Of a DNA stretch of 48,448 nucleotides, positions 1 through 7,989 are shown piece after piece. The translations under genes and the position numbers were made by a program. Origin of the DNA: a virus; IMG/VR virus record IMGVR_UViG_3300005331_000001. One strand, written 5' to 3'. Each line of letters starts with the position of its first letter. Position 1 is the stretch's first letter. The notes under the pieces were generated by a model. It was given only the letters and a program-made list of their open reading frames with translations. It ran no database searches and was not told the DNA's origin.

Positions 1-5
1 GACAA

Positions 6-24
6 GTCACGCAAATGTCACGCA
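6..24. promoter_or_regulatory. Tandem GTCACGCA motifs, candidate recombinase (Int/Xis) binding sites
   Basis: The sequence GTCACGCAAATGTCACGCA recurs at 214..232 as GTCACGCAAAAGTCACGCA and at 48334..48352. Confidence 0.35.
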
Positions 25-28
25 CATG

Positions 29-57
29 AAAAAGGCCAATGCTGTGAGCGTTGGCCT
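29..57 (-). terminator. Rho-independent terminator of the tRNA gene
   Basis: The minus strand reads AGGCCAA-(11 nt loop)-TTGGCCT followed by TTTTT, 17 nt past the tRNA CCA end. Confidence 0.7.
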
Positions 58-73
58 AAGTCATTGAATAATA

Positions 74-120
74 TGGTCGGGACGGAGTGATTCGAACACT
101 CGACCCCTAGCACCCCATGC
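74..120 (-). tRNA. 3' fragment (47 nt) of tRNA-Pro(GGG); 5' half missing
   Basis: The reverse complement parses as GC / AUGGGGU (anticodon loop, GGG) / GCUAG / GGGUC / GAGUG-UUCGAAU-CACUC (T arm) / CGUCCCG / A / CCA. G72 plus A73 fits the bacterial tRNA-Pro C1:G72 pair. Bases beyond 120 (..CUGCGU) cannot pair with GCUAG, so this copy is truncated. Confidence 0.8.
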
Positions 121-202
121 ACGCAGTACCTCTGTAAGACCTTGTTAAGTAGCTGTTTTTATTGGCGCTCGCTGCAATCGACTGCCCACAAGAGCTTACA
201 AG

Positions 203-232
203 TGCGTGAGAGTGTCACGCAAAAGTCACGCA
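203..232. promoter_or_regulatory. Second cluster of TCACGCA motifs (one inverted, two direct), candidate arm-type recombinase sites
   Basis: TGCGTGAgagtGTCACGCAaaaGTCACGCA has the same architecture as 48317..48352 next to int. Confidence 0.35.
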
Positions 233-286
233 TCCTCCCCGGCGTCCTGCCGACGAACACCACTCCCAAAACCGCAACACCTCGAT

Positions 287-306
287 TACTGTATGCGCAT
301 ACAGTA
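287..306. promoter_or_regulatory. Perfect 20-bp LexA (SOS) box palindrome
   Basis: TACTGTATGCGCATACAGTA matches the gammaproteobacterial consensus TACTGTAT-N4-ATACAGTA (CTGT-N8-ACAG). It ends 16 nt upstream of the ATG at 323. Confidence 0.75.
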
Positions 307-322
307 TTTGAGTTGAACAACC

Positions 323-706
323 ATGAACGACATCGACGAAGACACCTCCGCGTGGCTTGGCTGCCCTACGCCCCTGGAAATGTATCAACACCAGTGCGCG
401 CTGCTCGAGGACGAGCTCATCCAGACAGAAGCGATGCTCAGAAAGGCCCGGGCCAACATAGCTGGCCTGGTGCAGATGAATGACCTGCTCGCCACCGGCA
501 AGGCATCCGCTGAGGCTGCGCTCACGCAAGCACTTGAGCGCATATCAGCCATGAAGGAACAGGCGCCTGACAATAAGAGCTTTCGACCCATCGATCTGAT
601 TACCGGTCAGCGGGATCACCTTCTCAGGGAGAATCAGCGGCTATTGATGGAGTTGAGGGCTATGAAAGATCCGCAACCGCCGCGCTTGGACGGTAGCGCC
701 AATTAG
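323..706 (+). CDS. Hypothetical coiled-coil protein (127 aa), probably SOS-regulated
   Basis: ATG-initiated ORF with the high-GC composition of the phage core, directly downstream of the LexA box. No protein family recognised. Confidence 0.6.
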   Translation: MNDIDEDTSAWLGCPTPLEMYQHQCALLEDELIQTEAMLRKARANIAGLVQMNDLLATGKASAEAALTQALERISAMKEQAPDNKSFRPIDLITGQRDHLLRENQRLLMELRAMKDPQPPRLDGSAN

Positions 707-1542
707 GTGATTTTATTCATTTTGCTCAAAACCGCTCGAACGGCGAATCTTAAAGACTTAAACCCAATCATTCTAAAACCAAGAAGCATAAACCTAAGCT
801 TCCAAGCCAAGGACCGCTTCTCAAACTCGCCGTCTACAGATACTCCACGGACAGACAAATCCATATCTAGTTTGTATTTTTCATTTTTTGGCTCGACGAC
901 ATCTGTAACCCATTTACCCCTGTATATCGCGCCGCCCTTTTCGCGATTATACTTATAGACATCATTAGCTGGCGAGGATGGCGCGTAGAATTTTTTGCCA
1001 TCACCGAACGTGCGGTAACTTCCGAACACCTCCCATGCCCAAGGAGTATCATCAGGCCCCGTGTAATTAATAAGATCTTTTACCCTCCAAAGAGCCGGGG
1101 CCGAATTAAGTCGATAGTCAATATAACTAAACAGCATTGACTGTCCGTGCTCGTTGATCGCGGCTAAAGTATTGAGGCCGATGTGGCTTAAATAGCAAAC
1201 TGCAACCCCTTCATCTCCATCCATAAAGCGAATCAAATTATCTATATCTTCATCGAAGAATACGTCTTCCATGATGAAGTCATCATAAACAACAACTACA
1301 TACTCTGACTCAATACTTTTGAGTGACTCTAAAAGCCTCAACCCCCATCTATCGCCATCACTAGATTCAGCGTTCTGCGTGCGCGCATTAGCCACCCATT
1401 CCGGAATTGATTTTGTTTCGGTATTAAGCACTGCAAGCATCTTACGACTAGGCCAGTAATCGTTTAAGGCACTAAAGAAAAGCGGCCAAACATCACTATA
1501 GCTATCACAAGAATTTACCAGGAGAGTCACACGCCCATTCAT
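703..1542 (-). CDS. Putative glycosyltransferase-like, surface-polysaccharide-modifying protein (279 aa)
   Basis: AT-rich ORF. It has the N-terminal motif LLVNSCDSYSDVWPLFF..YWP and an acidic VVVYDDF (DxD-like) motif, as in sugar transferases of LPS/capsule loci. The family assignment is from memory only. Confidence 0.55.
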   Translation of the reverse strand: MNGRVTLLVNSCDSYSDVWPLFFSALNDYWPSRKMLAVLNTETKSIPEWVANARTQNAESSDGDRWGLRLLESLKSIESEYVVVVYDDFIMEDVFFDEDIDNLIRFMDGDEGVAVCYLSHIGLNTLAAINEHGQSMLFSYIDYRLNSAPALWRVKDLINYTGPDDTPWAWEVFGSYRTFGDGKKFYAPSSPANDVYKYNREKGGAIYRGKWVTDVVEPKNEKYKLDMDLSVRGVSVDGEFEKRSLAWKLRFMLLGFRMIGFKSLRFAVRAVLSKMNKIT

Positions 1543-1796
1543 ATATTTTGTTCCCGACCTGCCATAGCCCTAGATTTCCCAGGATTTTAGCATCTATCGG
1601 CTGCCGATGGGCGAAGGGTGCTAGCCGTTGCTTGGCCAGCCACCAGGTCTCAGATACAGAAGCCAGGATAATCGCTACTGACATGTGTTCACATGTCCGC
1701 TTGATGGCAAGCATCTCGATCTACGAATTGCCAGTGGACGCAGCCCGAACCGTATAGCAAAATAACCGAATTTCCTAAGACTAGAATTGGTGTGCC

Positions 1797-2318
1797 ATGA
1801 TTTTAAAATCCAAAACAATTAGCATCAGGCTTATTACGGAAGACGACGCAGAATTTGTTGTAAGTCTAAGAACAGACGAAAAGTACAATAAATATCTTTC
1901 GCCGAGCACCGCTGATATTGAAGCGCAAAAAAAATGGATAAGAGATTACAAAGATGACGAGAGCAACGGAGTACAGTTTTATTTTATAATCGAGCGAAAT
2001 GATGGAACGCCTTGCGGAACGGTCAGGATATACGACCTGAAAGAAGATTCGTTTTGCTGGGGTAGCTGGATTTTAAACGAGGAAAAAACAAAGTACGCAG
2101 CACTCGAAAGCGCATTCTTGGTGTATGAGTTTGGCTTTAACCAACTAAAGTTTTCAAAATCGCATTTCGACGTAAGAAAAGGAAACGGCAAAGTTATTTC
2201 TTTTCATACAAAAATGGGAGCCATTAAAACCGGCGAAACAGATCTCGATGAGCTTTTTGAAATAACAAAAAATTCCGTTTTAAATACCAAAAACAGATTG
2301 TCTTCGAAATTATTATAA
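1797..2318 (+). CDS. GNAT-family N-acetyltransferase (RimJ/RimL or PseH-like, 173 aa)
   Basis: ISIRLITEDDAEFVVSLR..YL...W, the FYFIIE..DGTPCGTVRIYDL core and the FGFNQLKFSKSHFDVRKGN..ISFHTKMG tail form a typical Acetyltransf_3 pattern. The gene is AT-rich. Confidence 0.75.
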   Translation: MILKSKTISIRLITEDDAEFVVSLRTDEKYNKYLSPSTADIEAQKKWIRDYKDDESNGVQFYFIIERNDGTPCGTVRIYDLKEDSFCWGSWILNEEKTKYAALESAFLVYEFGFNQLKFSKSHFDVRKGNGKVISFHTKMGAIKTGETDLDELFEITKNSVLNTKNRLSSKLL

Positions 2319-2331
2319 GGCCTATGCCTCT

Positions 2332-2589
2332 ATGAGTAGAGATATAACTGGAAGCTTTCGCATCGCTAGCGATCCGGGTACTGACGCGAACTCACTGTAC
2401 GATCTTTCTCTTCATGAGTGCGAGGTCGTACGAGGCGCAGTCGCGTCAAACTCGTCCACCCCTGAAGTGGCGATAGCTAGACTTACCTATGACCGTAGCG
2501 AGCACGTGCGAGAATGTATTAGGTCTAGATCTGCATTCGAAAAGCTCTCCATTATCAGTACACCACGGACCTCAAAGACCTGGCATTAG
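2332..2589 (+). pseudogene. Short ORF with leucine-rich-repeat-variant (LRV/HEAT-like) motifs, probably a gene fragment
   Basis: ..AVASNSSTPEVAIARLTYDRSEHVRECI.. resembles LRV repeats. It is only 85 aa and has no clear ribosome-binding site. Confidence 0.3.
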
Positions 2590-2641
2590 TGATCATGAGT
2601 CGTCATCAGAGCTCACAGATTTAACACGCTTTCATCGGCCC

Positions 2642-3175
2642 TCAACCGAGCACGCTCCGCGCCTTATTCCAAAGCTGCAGTCGATCTTCCAACCCATTGA
2701 GACCACCGTTGATGCGCCGGGTTATCTTCACGAATTCGCCCTGATCCGACAGCGTATTTAGCCCTTTCGTCGACCAGAACCAAGCCGCCGACATTGCCGC
2801 GTGCTGTGGCAGCTCGAGCAACTCCGGTTTGCCGATCAGGTCCAGGCCAAGCCCTTCCCCGCACGCTGCATAGTTCGCCCGACCGGTGATCTGGATTAGG
2901 CCACGACCACGGTACTTGGAACCGTCTCCCTTGACGGTGTTGCCTAAGTCAGCGCGCCCCTCGTATCCGGCCTGCTGCGTCGTGGGGCCCCATATCTCGC
3001 GAAGCCAACGAAACTGGCCGGACTCATGTCCGACCTGGGCAATGAATGCGGCGATACGCAATCGCGTGACGATTCCGTACCTGCCCATGGCGGCATTCAG
3101 CACAGGAACAAAAACGCCGGCTTGGCGGCCGGCGTTCGGGAGGATTTGCAGCAACTGCTGAGCTGTGATCGGCAT
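2642..3175 (-). CDS. Endolysin, glycoside hydrolase family 19 (chitinase-like), 177 aa
   Basis: AAFIAQVGHESGQF...YEGRADLGN...GDGSKYRGRGLIQITGRANY...AAWFW...INGG is the GH19 lysin signature. The start is set at the internal ATG (3175), preceded by GGAGAGG, rather than at 3298 in the ORF track. Confidence 0.9.
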   Translation of the reverse strand: MPITAQQLLQILPNAGRQAGVFVPVLNAAMGRYGIVTRLRIAAFIAQVGHESGQFRWLREIWGPTTQQAGYEGRADLGNTVKGDGSKYRGRGLIQITGRANYAACGEGLGLDLIGKPELLELPQHAAMSAAWFWSTKGLNTLSDQGEFVKITRRINGGLNGLEDRLQLWNKARSVLG

Positions 3176-3221
3176 AGGCCTCTCCAGAAAAGAAAATGCC
3201 CTCAAGCAGCCCTTGCTGCTA

Positions 3222-3563
3222 TCAGGGTTGCGGGGTCGGAATTTGTAGGGCAGCCTCGATCGCGGCGAGACGAGTCGCCAAATTACCTGGAAGCGCATCC
3301 TCTGATATTTCGATCATGGTGTCGGCGTTCTTTAGTTTTCCCTCATGGAAGACAACATTGAATGGTGGATCTGGATAGATAACCCATTCCCATGCTCCGG
3401 TCGATCTCGCGAACCACGCGCCGAACCTTGTAGGACTCACGTAGCCGGGCGCCATATCTGGGCGGTCATTGTCCATTTGCACCCAGCCTTCTGGGTATGG
3501 CCAGGGCTGGTCATCCGGAACCGGGAATGACTCTGCCGTATCAATCTTTCCGTACCAGATCAT
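3222..3563 (-). CDS. Hypothetical protein, possible tail-fibre assembly or chaperone protein by position (113 aa)
   Basis: ORF downstream of the tail fibre gene in the late operon. No family recognised. Confidence 0.5.
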   Translation of the reverse strand: MIWYGKIDTAESFPVPDDQPWPYPEGWVQMDNDRPDMAPGYVSPTRFGAWFARSTGAWEWVIYPDPPFNVVFHEGKLKNADTMIEISEDALPGNLATRLAAIEAALQIPTPQP

Positions 3564-3575
3564 GGCGTACCCCTC

Positions 3576-3740
3576 TTAACTAGGATCAGACATATTTTCG
3601 GGTTTAGGTTCTGGGACCGGCATATCCGGCTCCGTCCCTGAATAAACCTCCCCATCAAGCAAATCGCCTGGATCATTGACGCCACGATAGGTCTTGATAT
3701 GAGATGTATCAGGCCAGTATTCAATTGCATATCCGCTCAT
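3576..3740 (-). CDS. Small hypothetical protein (54 aa), not in the ORF track
   Basis: Its ATG overlaps the tail-fibre stop codon (ATGA). Translation: MSGYAIEYWPDTSHIKTYRGVNDPGDLLDGEVYSGTEPDMPVPEPKPENMSDPS. Confidence 0.4.
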   Translation of the reverse strand: MSGYAIEYWPDTSHIKTYRGVNDPGDLLDGEVYSGTEPDMPVPEPKPENMSDPS

Positions 3741-5032
3741 ATATTCAGCTCCCCACCAATTGCCGTTAGACCTGAAGTCGTTGCATTAGAGGCGTAGTAG
3801 AAGTTTGCGCTCTCAGGAACAACTATTGAAGAGTAACTACCTCGAATACCAGAGGTGCCACCTAGATTAATATTGATCATTGGCTGATTCGCAGAGTTAA
3901 TAGCGCCATAATTATTATTTGGCGCAGCGATAAGGCTAACTGTGCCCTCTGCAAACGCCGACAAAATAATTGAGGCGGAGTTAGGTGGAAAGAACCCCGA
4001 CAGACCAACTGGGATAAAGGTGGGTGCGGTTGGTGAACCGTTTACACCAGAAATCATAATTGGGAGTTTTGCGACGTTACTCCCGGTACGAACGACGTAT
4101 TGCCACTTGCGACCTGACTGAATAATGCTCAGCGGATATTTGTTCGCAGTCGCGTCAGTCAGAACCATTGATACCAAAGCGGCGTGTGTATAGCCGGCAG
4201 GAAGCGTAGGAGCTGTTGTGCTTAGCGATAGCAACCCGGCCTTGGTGGTCCCATTCCATATAACCCATACGGCGTACCATGTTGACGCTGTCTGGCTATT
4301 GGCCGCCCCGACATCCAAACCGTTCACACCAGCGCTCCCAAAAGAAGGCGTAACGGCGACTGCGCGAAGCGTTTGATAGGTGTTGGAGGAGGATTCAACC
4401 ATAAGCTCGTCAGCGCTTACGGTGACTACTGCGCTGGTGCCGGTCGTGGAAGCTTTCAGTCCGCTAAAGCACCCGCGCACGCCAACCAGGTTGGAGTTTG
4501 CGACTGGAAGCGGATCGAGAAGAACGGCATCCGTACCGTCGTACTCAACATCAGAGAGCTGGTCTACCGCGAATACGGCAGCAACTTTAGCGCCGGATGC
4601 GTCGTACTGTTTGAGGTTCTTAGGTCCGACTCCTGAAATATTGATAGTGTCAGTGCCGGTGCTGGCACGATTGAACTTCACTCGAAACCGCTGACCAGCC
4701 GAATAGGCCGTAATCGCCGGGGACGGTGTGAGCACCATCGCGGCCGAGGGACCTGTAGTGGGGAACGCGGTACCGTACTGGTTTTGCTTCAGTTTTAGAA
4801 GGGCATCGAAAAACTGGGAAGCTCCTACCTTATCTACCGATCCATTGGGGGTGATCCCTGCCAACGAAAGGAGTGACTGAAAAAAACCTTCCTTGTCGTT
4901 TGCCCAATCCTGTTCCAAGTAAGAGCCATCTTTCGCGCCAGGTGCTGTTCTATTTTTGAACGAGCCCTGCGGGTAGTCGGCCGACGGATTGTTGTATCTG
5001 CCCGGGTAGCGTTCATTAAGCTTCAGTGACAT
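3737..5032 (-). CDS. Tail fibre protein (431 aa)
   Basis: The N-terminus YPQGSFKNRTAPGAKDGSYLEQDWANDKEGFFQSLLSLAGITPNGSVDKVGASQFFDAL is typical of phage tail-fibre N-terminal domains. The C-terminus is rich in Gly, Ser and Thr. Confidence 0.75.
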   Translation of the reverse strand: MSLKLNERYPGRYNNPSADYPQGSFKNRTAPGAKDGSYLEQDWANDKEGFFQSLLSLAGITPNGSVDKVGASQFFDALLKLKQNQYGTAFPTTGPSAAMVLTPSPAITAYSAGQRFRVKFNRASTGTDTINISGVGPKNLKQYDASGAKVAAVFAVDQLSDVEYDGTDAVLLDPLPVANSNLVGVRGCFSGLKASTTGTSAVVTVSADELMVESSSNTYQTLRAVAVTPSFGSAGVNGLDVGAANSQTASTWYAVWVIWNGTTKAGLLSLSTTAPTLPAGYTHAALVSMVLTDATANKYPLSIIQSGRKWQYVVRTGSNVAKLPIMISGVNGSPTAPTFIPVGLSGFFPPNSASIILSAFAEGTVSLIAAPNNNYGAINSANQPMININLGGTSGIRGSYSSIVVPESANFYYASNATTSGLTAIGGELNI

Positions 5033-5033
5033 G

Positions 5034-5675
5034 TTAAGCCCCTATATATCCTGCAAATTCTGCGTCTTCGTCACCAAATTCAGCGTCTACGTCGCCGAAC
5101 TCGACCATTTCGAACCCCTCAAGGAATCCGTTAAATTTCACTGCTTGCGGCTTGGGCACCAGCCCCGCATTGAGCAAAGCGAACCTTTCAAGGTTGGTGA
5201 TCTGCCCATAAAACTCGATGCTGAACGACATGTCCTCGCCGTCAGTGACGCGCAGGACATCCGCCTTGGGCAGGAGGAAGTTCATTCCGTCAAGGATGTT
5301 TTCTATGGTGGCGTCGCCATTGTTTTTGACGATCTTGGCCTTGATGACTAGGCGATAGAGCTCGTCTGAAAGTTGCCCATCCTGGTCGATCGTCAGCGCG
5401 CTAAACATCGCATCGTCGTCACCAAACTCATCGCCATCCGTGAGATCGAACAGGCCCGGGTTCATCGGGAATGAGCCAACGAAGCTGCGAGGGGCAACGA
5501 CGATCCGGCCGATAACGTTCAACTGCTCACCGAAGACGTTGTCGATGTCATAGCTCTTGCGAACGGCCTCGGCAGCATCCTCAATGCTTCCACCCAGCTT
5601 CCGGGCGATCGCGAACCAGTCCACGGCTTTCGGTTTGTCGCGGTATTGCGCGTAAATGCGGTCTGGGATGTTCAT
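5034..5675 (-). CDS. Baseplate/tail protein (DUF2612-like), 213 aa
   Basis: It lies between the baseplate J-like gene and the tail fibre. The start is set at the ATG that overlaps the upstream stop codon (track start 5711). Confidence 0.55.
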   Translation of the reverse strand: MNIPDRIYAQYRDKPKAVDWFAIARKLGGSIEDAAEAVRKSYDIDNVFGEQLNVIGRIVVAPRSFVGSFPMNPGLFDLTDGDEFGDDDAMFSALTIDQDGQLSDELYRLVIKAKIVKNNGDATIENILDGMNFLLPKADVLRVTDGEDMSFSIEFYGQITNLERFALLNAGLVPKPQAVKFNGFLEGFEMVEFGDVDAEFGDEDAEFAGYIGA

Positions 5676-6895
5676 CACGTGATCACTACGGTGATATTGC
5701 TCTCCGTCCACCGGGACATCTGGTTGTAAGCGATGGCGACGTTGGCGTGGCCGCCGTTGAGGCTGGATGATGGCAAGTCAACGTAGCTGTCACCGTAAGA
5801 ACCGATGACCTTATTGACCGGGGTGAAGATCGTGCTGAATGGCACCGTCTCGCCAATGTCGAAGCCGTCGATCTTGAAGCCCACATCCGCCGGAATCAGG
5901 TCGCCGGCGGCGTACTCCATCATCGCCTCCTTTATAAGTTGGTCGGCGTTCGGTGGAAGTGATCCGTCGTTTACCACATGGATCACGGCCAGCATGTCTA
6001 CGTAGATTGGGCGGCTGGCGCGAATCACCTTCTGGTTCGTCGGATACTTCGGCGACGTAACCAGAACCTCAAACGGCGTGCCAGCCTGATACAGCGTCGC
6101 GCCAGGGTTCTTCTTGAGGTAGATCGCCATGGCTACATCATCGTCGGTGCCGCCGTCGATGATTGGAGCAATGGAGTGCCGTGGGAGCCCGTACGGGTTG
6201 TCTGCCGAGACCGCGCTCAGGTTAGTGTCGTTCTCGTACACCTTTACCCTGCGCACGCCATCCACGCCGAACAGTTCGCCGATCATGGAGTCGATCTGAT
6301 TGTTGCCAGGCTTGCCCACTGCCGTCGCGCGGGTAACGCGCAGTTGCTCGTCGCGCTGGCCGTCTGTACCTGGAGTTGCTGGTGCTGCGTTTGTCACGCT
6401 GGCCAGGCCCGCCACCACGTCCACGATGCGCGTGATAGTGCCGGCATCAGCCTGGGTAGGCCCGACGACTGTGCACGTGGCGTTGACTGTTGCGGAGCCG
6501 AGCGAGTCAGCGGTCACTGCCTGGTCGGTCGCCCAGCGACTGCCGGTGGTTACCGACTCAAAGCGGTTTCCTGCCTGGATTGGCGTGCCCGGGGTGGCGG
6601 TGATTGTCAGTTGCACGCTGGATCGAGACCCGCCGGAACGGATGGTGCCGGTCAGCGAGCAAATGATGTCGAGATCGCTGCCCTTGGCCTTGTTAGGATC
6701 TTTCGAGTTGTAGGCCTGCTGCAGCGTCTCGTCGAGCGCGTAGAAGATCTCGGAGTCGTGCGCCATCTTCAAGCCGTCAGGCGTCGAAGGGTCCAGGTTC
6801 CACAGCGGATCAATATCCAGGTAGAACTGGCGCTCCTGGGCGAACCAGTCGTTTTGCGTCTGTAGCACGTAGCCGGTCGAAGTCAGGCTAGCCAT
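5675..6895 (-). CDS. Baseplate J-like protein (406 aa)
   Basis: Size and position follow the gp25-like gene, and the general Baseplate_J pattern is present. Confidence 0.65.
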   Translation of the reverse strand: MASLTSTGYVLQTQNDWFAQERQFYLDIDPLWNLDPSTPDGLKMAHDSEIFYALDETLQQAYNSKDPNKAKGSDLDIICSLTGTIRSGGSRSSVQLTITATPGTPIQAGNRFESVTTGSRWATDQAVTADSLGSATVNATCTVVGPTQADAGTITRIVDVVAGLASVTNAAPATPGTDGQRDEQLRVTRATAVGKPGNNQIDSMIGELFGVDGVRRVKVYENDTNLSAVSADNPYGLPRHSIAPIIDGGTDDDVAMAIYLKKNPGATLYQAGTPFEVLVTSPKYPTNQKVIRASRPIYVDMLAVIHVVNDGSLPPNADQLIKEAMMEYAAGDLIPADVGFKIDGFDIGETVPFSTIFTPVNKVIGSYGDSYVDLPSSSLNGGHANVAIAYNQMSRWTESNITVVIT

Positions 6896-7238
6896 TCAGT
6901 GTTACCTCTTCCAGGCCGAACTCGGTGAGAATCCCAGCGGTTACGCTGTATTTGCGGTTTTCGATGTTGAAGTCAGCAGAGAAGCTGGTGAGCCGGATCA
7001 CGCCTGGCGTGTTGGCGATTCGCGCCCTGAGCGCGGCCTCAGCGGTGGAGAGGCTGGTGAACTTTCCCAGGATTTGCTCGTACCAAGGCGTTCCGTCGGT
7101 GATGTCCCGGAAGTACTCGCCCAGGAACAGGCGCAACCGGGTAAGCACCGTCTGAGCGACCTCGGATTGCCCGGTAATGAACTGCTGCCCGCGCGTCACG
7201 ATGTCACCTGTTTCTTCGTCCAGTCTGCGTACGGTCAT
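6888..7238 (-). CDS. Baseplate wedge protein, GPW/gp25-like (116 aa)
   Basis: Its size, its position upstream of the J-like gene and the motif G..P......G fit. Weak sequence call. Confidence 0.5.
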   Translation of the reverse strand: MTVRRLDEETGDIVTRGQQFITGQSEVAQTVLTRLRLFLGEYFRDITDGTPWYEQILGKFTSLSTAEAALRARIANTPGVIRLTSFSADFNIENRKYSVTAGILTEFGLEEVTLNG

Positions 7239-7942
7239 ATAACTGGCGCTCCACTTGTTCCAGACCCAGGCGTAACACCGGACGTTCTGTGGTTTGTGAG
7301 AGATATGCCGGTAGCTGTGATCACATCACCGTCAGCCGTGATCTTCAGCCCGTTAATCAGGAACGAACCGTCTGCCAGCAACTGGAAGCTGCCGGCGCCG
7401 TTCTGCATCAGGGTTGTGCCATCGGCCAGAACGTTGAACCTGGCGACCCCGTTGTCCATGGAGATGCTGTTGTCGTTCTTCAGCCAAACGAACTGCGTGC
7501 CTGCCCGGTTGCGCATACGCACGCCGTTGTTCTGGAATCCCGGCAATACGTTTGGCTGTGATCTGAATCCCGGCAAGAACATGGCGTCCTGCATGTTGTG
7601 GAAGCGCCCGATCGGGTTGGCGGCCACCCCACCGCTCTGCACCCAGCCATCAATGCAGCGTTGGGAGAACAGGATGTCGCCCTCACAACCAGAATCGATC
7701 TGGTACTCGACGCAGTAGTCACCGCCGGGGAAGTAGACCGGCACCTCGATGATCGGGGGAATGGTGAACTCGGCGCCGTTGATGTCGACGCGTGCTATTC
7801 CGGGCTGCACCTGGGCGAGTTGCTTGACCGGGTCAAACGTCAAGACGTGGCCCGGCAGCGATGTGCAGACCCCCTTCAGGATCTCCCGGACAGAGTCGCG
7901 GATCAGCTTCGTCTGCTTTGCGCGGCCTTCTGACTCAAGCAT
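7235..7942 (-). CDS. Baseplate central spike/assembly protein (Mu gp45 / P2 V-like), 235 aa
   Basis: Its position in the baseplate module and its beta-rich repeats ending in a TSG..G.GTSG tail fit. Confidence 0.5.
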   Translation of the reverse strand: MLESEGRAKQTKLIRDSVREILKGVCTSLPGHVLTFDPVKQLAQVQPGIARVDINGAEFTIPPIIEVPVYFPGGDYCVEYQIDSGCEGDILFSQRCIDGWVQSGGVAANPIGRFHNMQDAMFLPGFRSQPNVLPGFQNNGVRMRNRAGTQFVWLKNDNSISMDNGVARFNVLADGTTLMQNGAGSFQLLADGSFLINGLKITADGDVITATGISLTNHRTSGVTPGSGTSGAPVI

Positions 7943-7989
7943 GCCTACCTCGGATTCGGTGAACCCGTGGGGCGGGCCTGGTTAAGTGG

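Larger units (their letters stand above)
1..120. repeat. Left copy of a perfect 120-bp direct repeat (putative att core; partner at 48329..48448)
   Basis: Bases 1..120 match 48329..48448 base for base when read by eye. The repeat is 73 bp of tRNA-downstream flank plus the last 47 nt of a minus-strand tRNA. The integrase gene ends 6 bp before the right copy. Confidence 0.85.

Noticed and set aside
1276-1287. A VYDDF motif in the 279-aa AT-rich protein, considered as a reverse-transcriptase YxDD box that could supply the RT missing from the DGR-like locus.
   Set aside because: No other RT motifs are present upstream (no palm motifs A/B such as G.PQG..SP). The context (VVVVYDDFIMEDVFFDEDID) fits a GT-A DxD sugar-transferase motif instead.
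2642-3298. The long 218-aa form of the endolysin ORF, considered as a possible N-terminal signal or SAR extension.
   Set aside because: The 41-residue extension is Arg- and Pro-rich with no hydrophobic helix. The internal ATG at 3175 has a GGAGAGG ribosome-binding site and aligns with the start of the GH19 domain.
5978-6865. Long antisense ORFs opposite well-supported genes. Examples: 5978..6865 (+), 13210..13965 (+), 16556..17368 (+), 17835..18632 (+), 21425..22252 (+), 27379..28116 (+), 32024..32710 (-), 36829..37533 (-), 37808..38587 (-), 44477..45295 (-) and 46055..46801 (-).
   Set aside because: They are typical high-GC shadow frames. Their translations are Arg-, Gly-, Ala- and His-rich and low in complexity. 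Each lies entirely opposite a gene with a recognisable family or good translational coupling.
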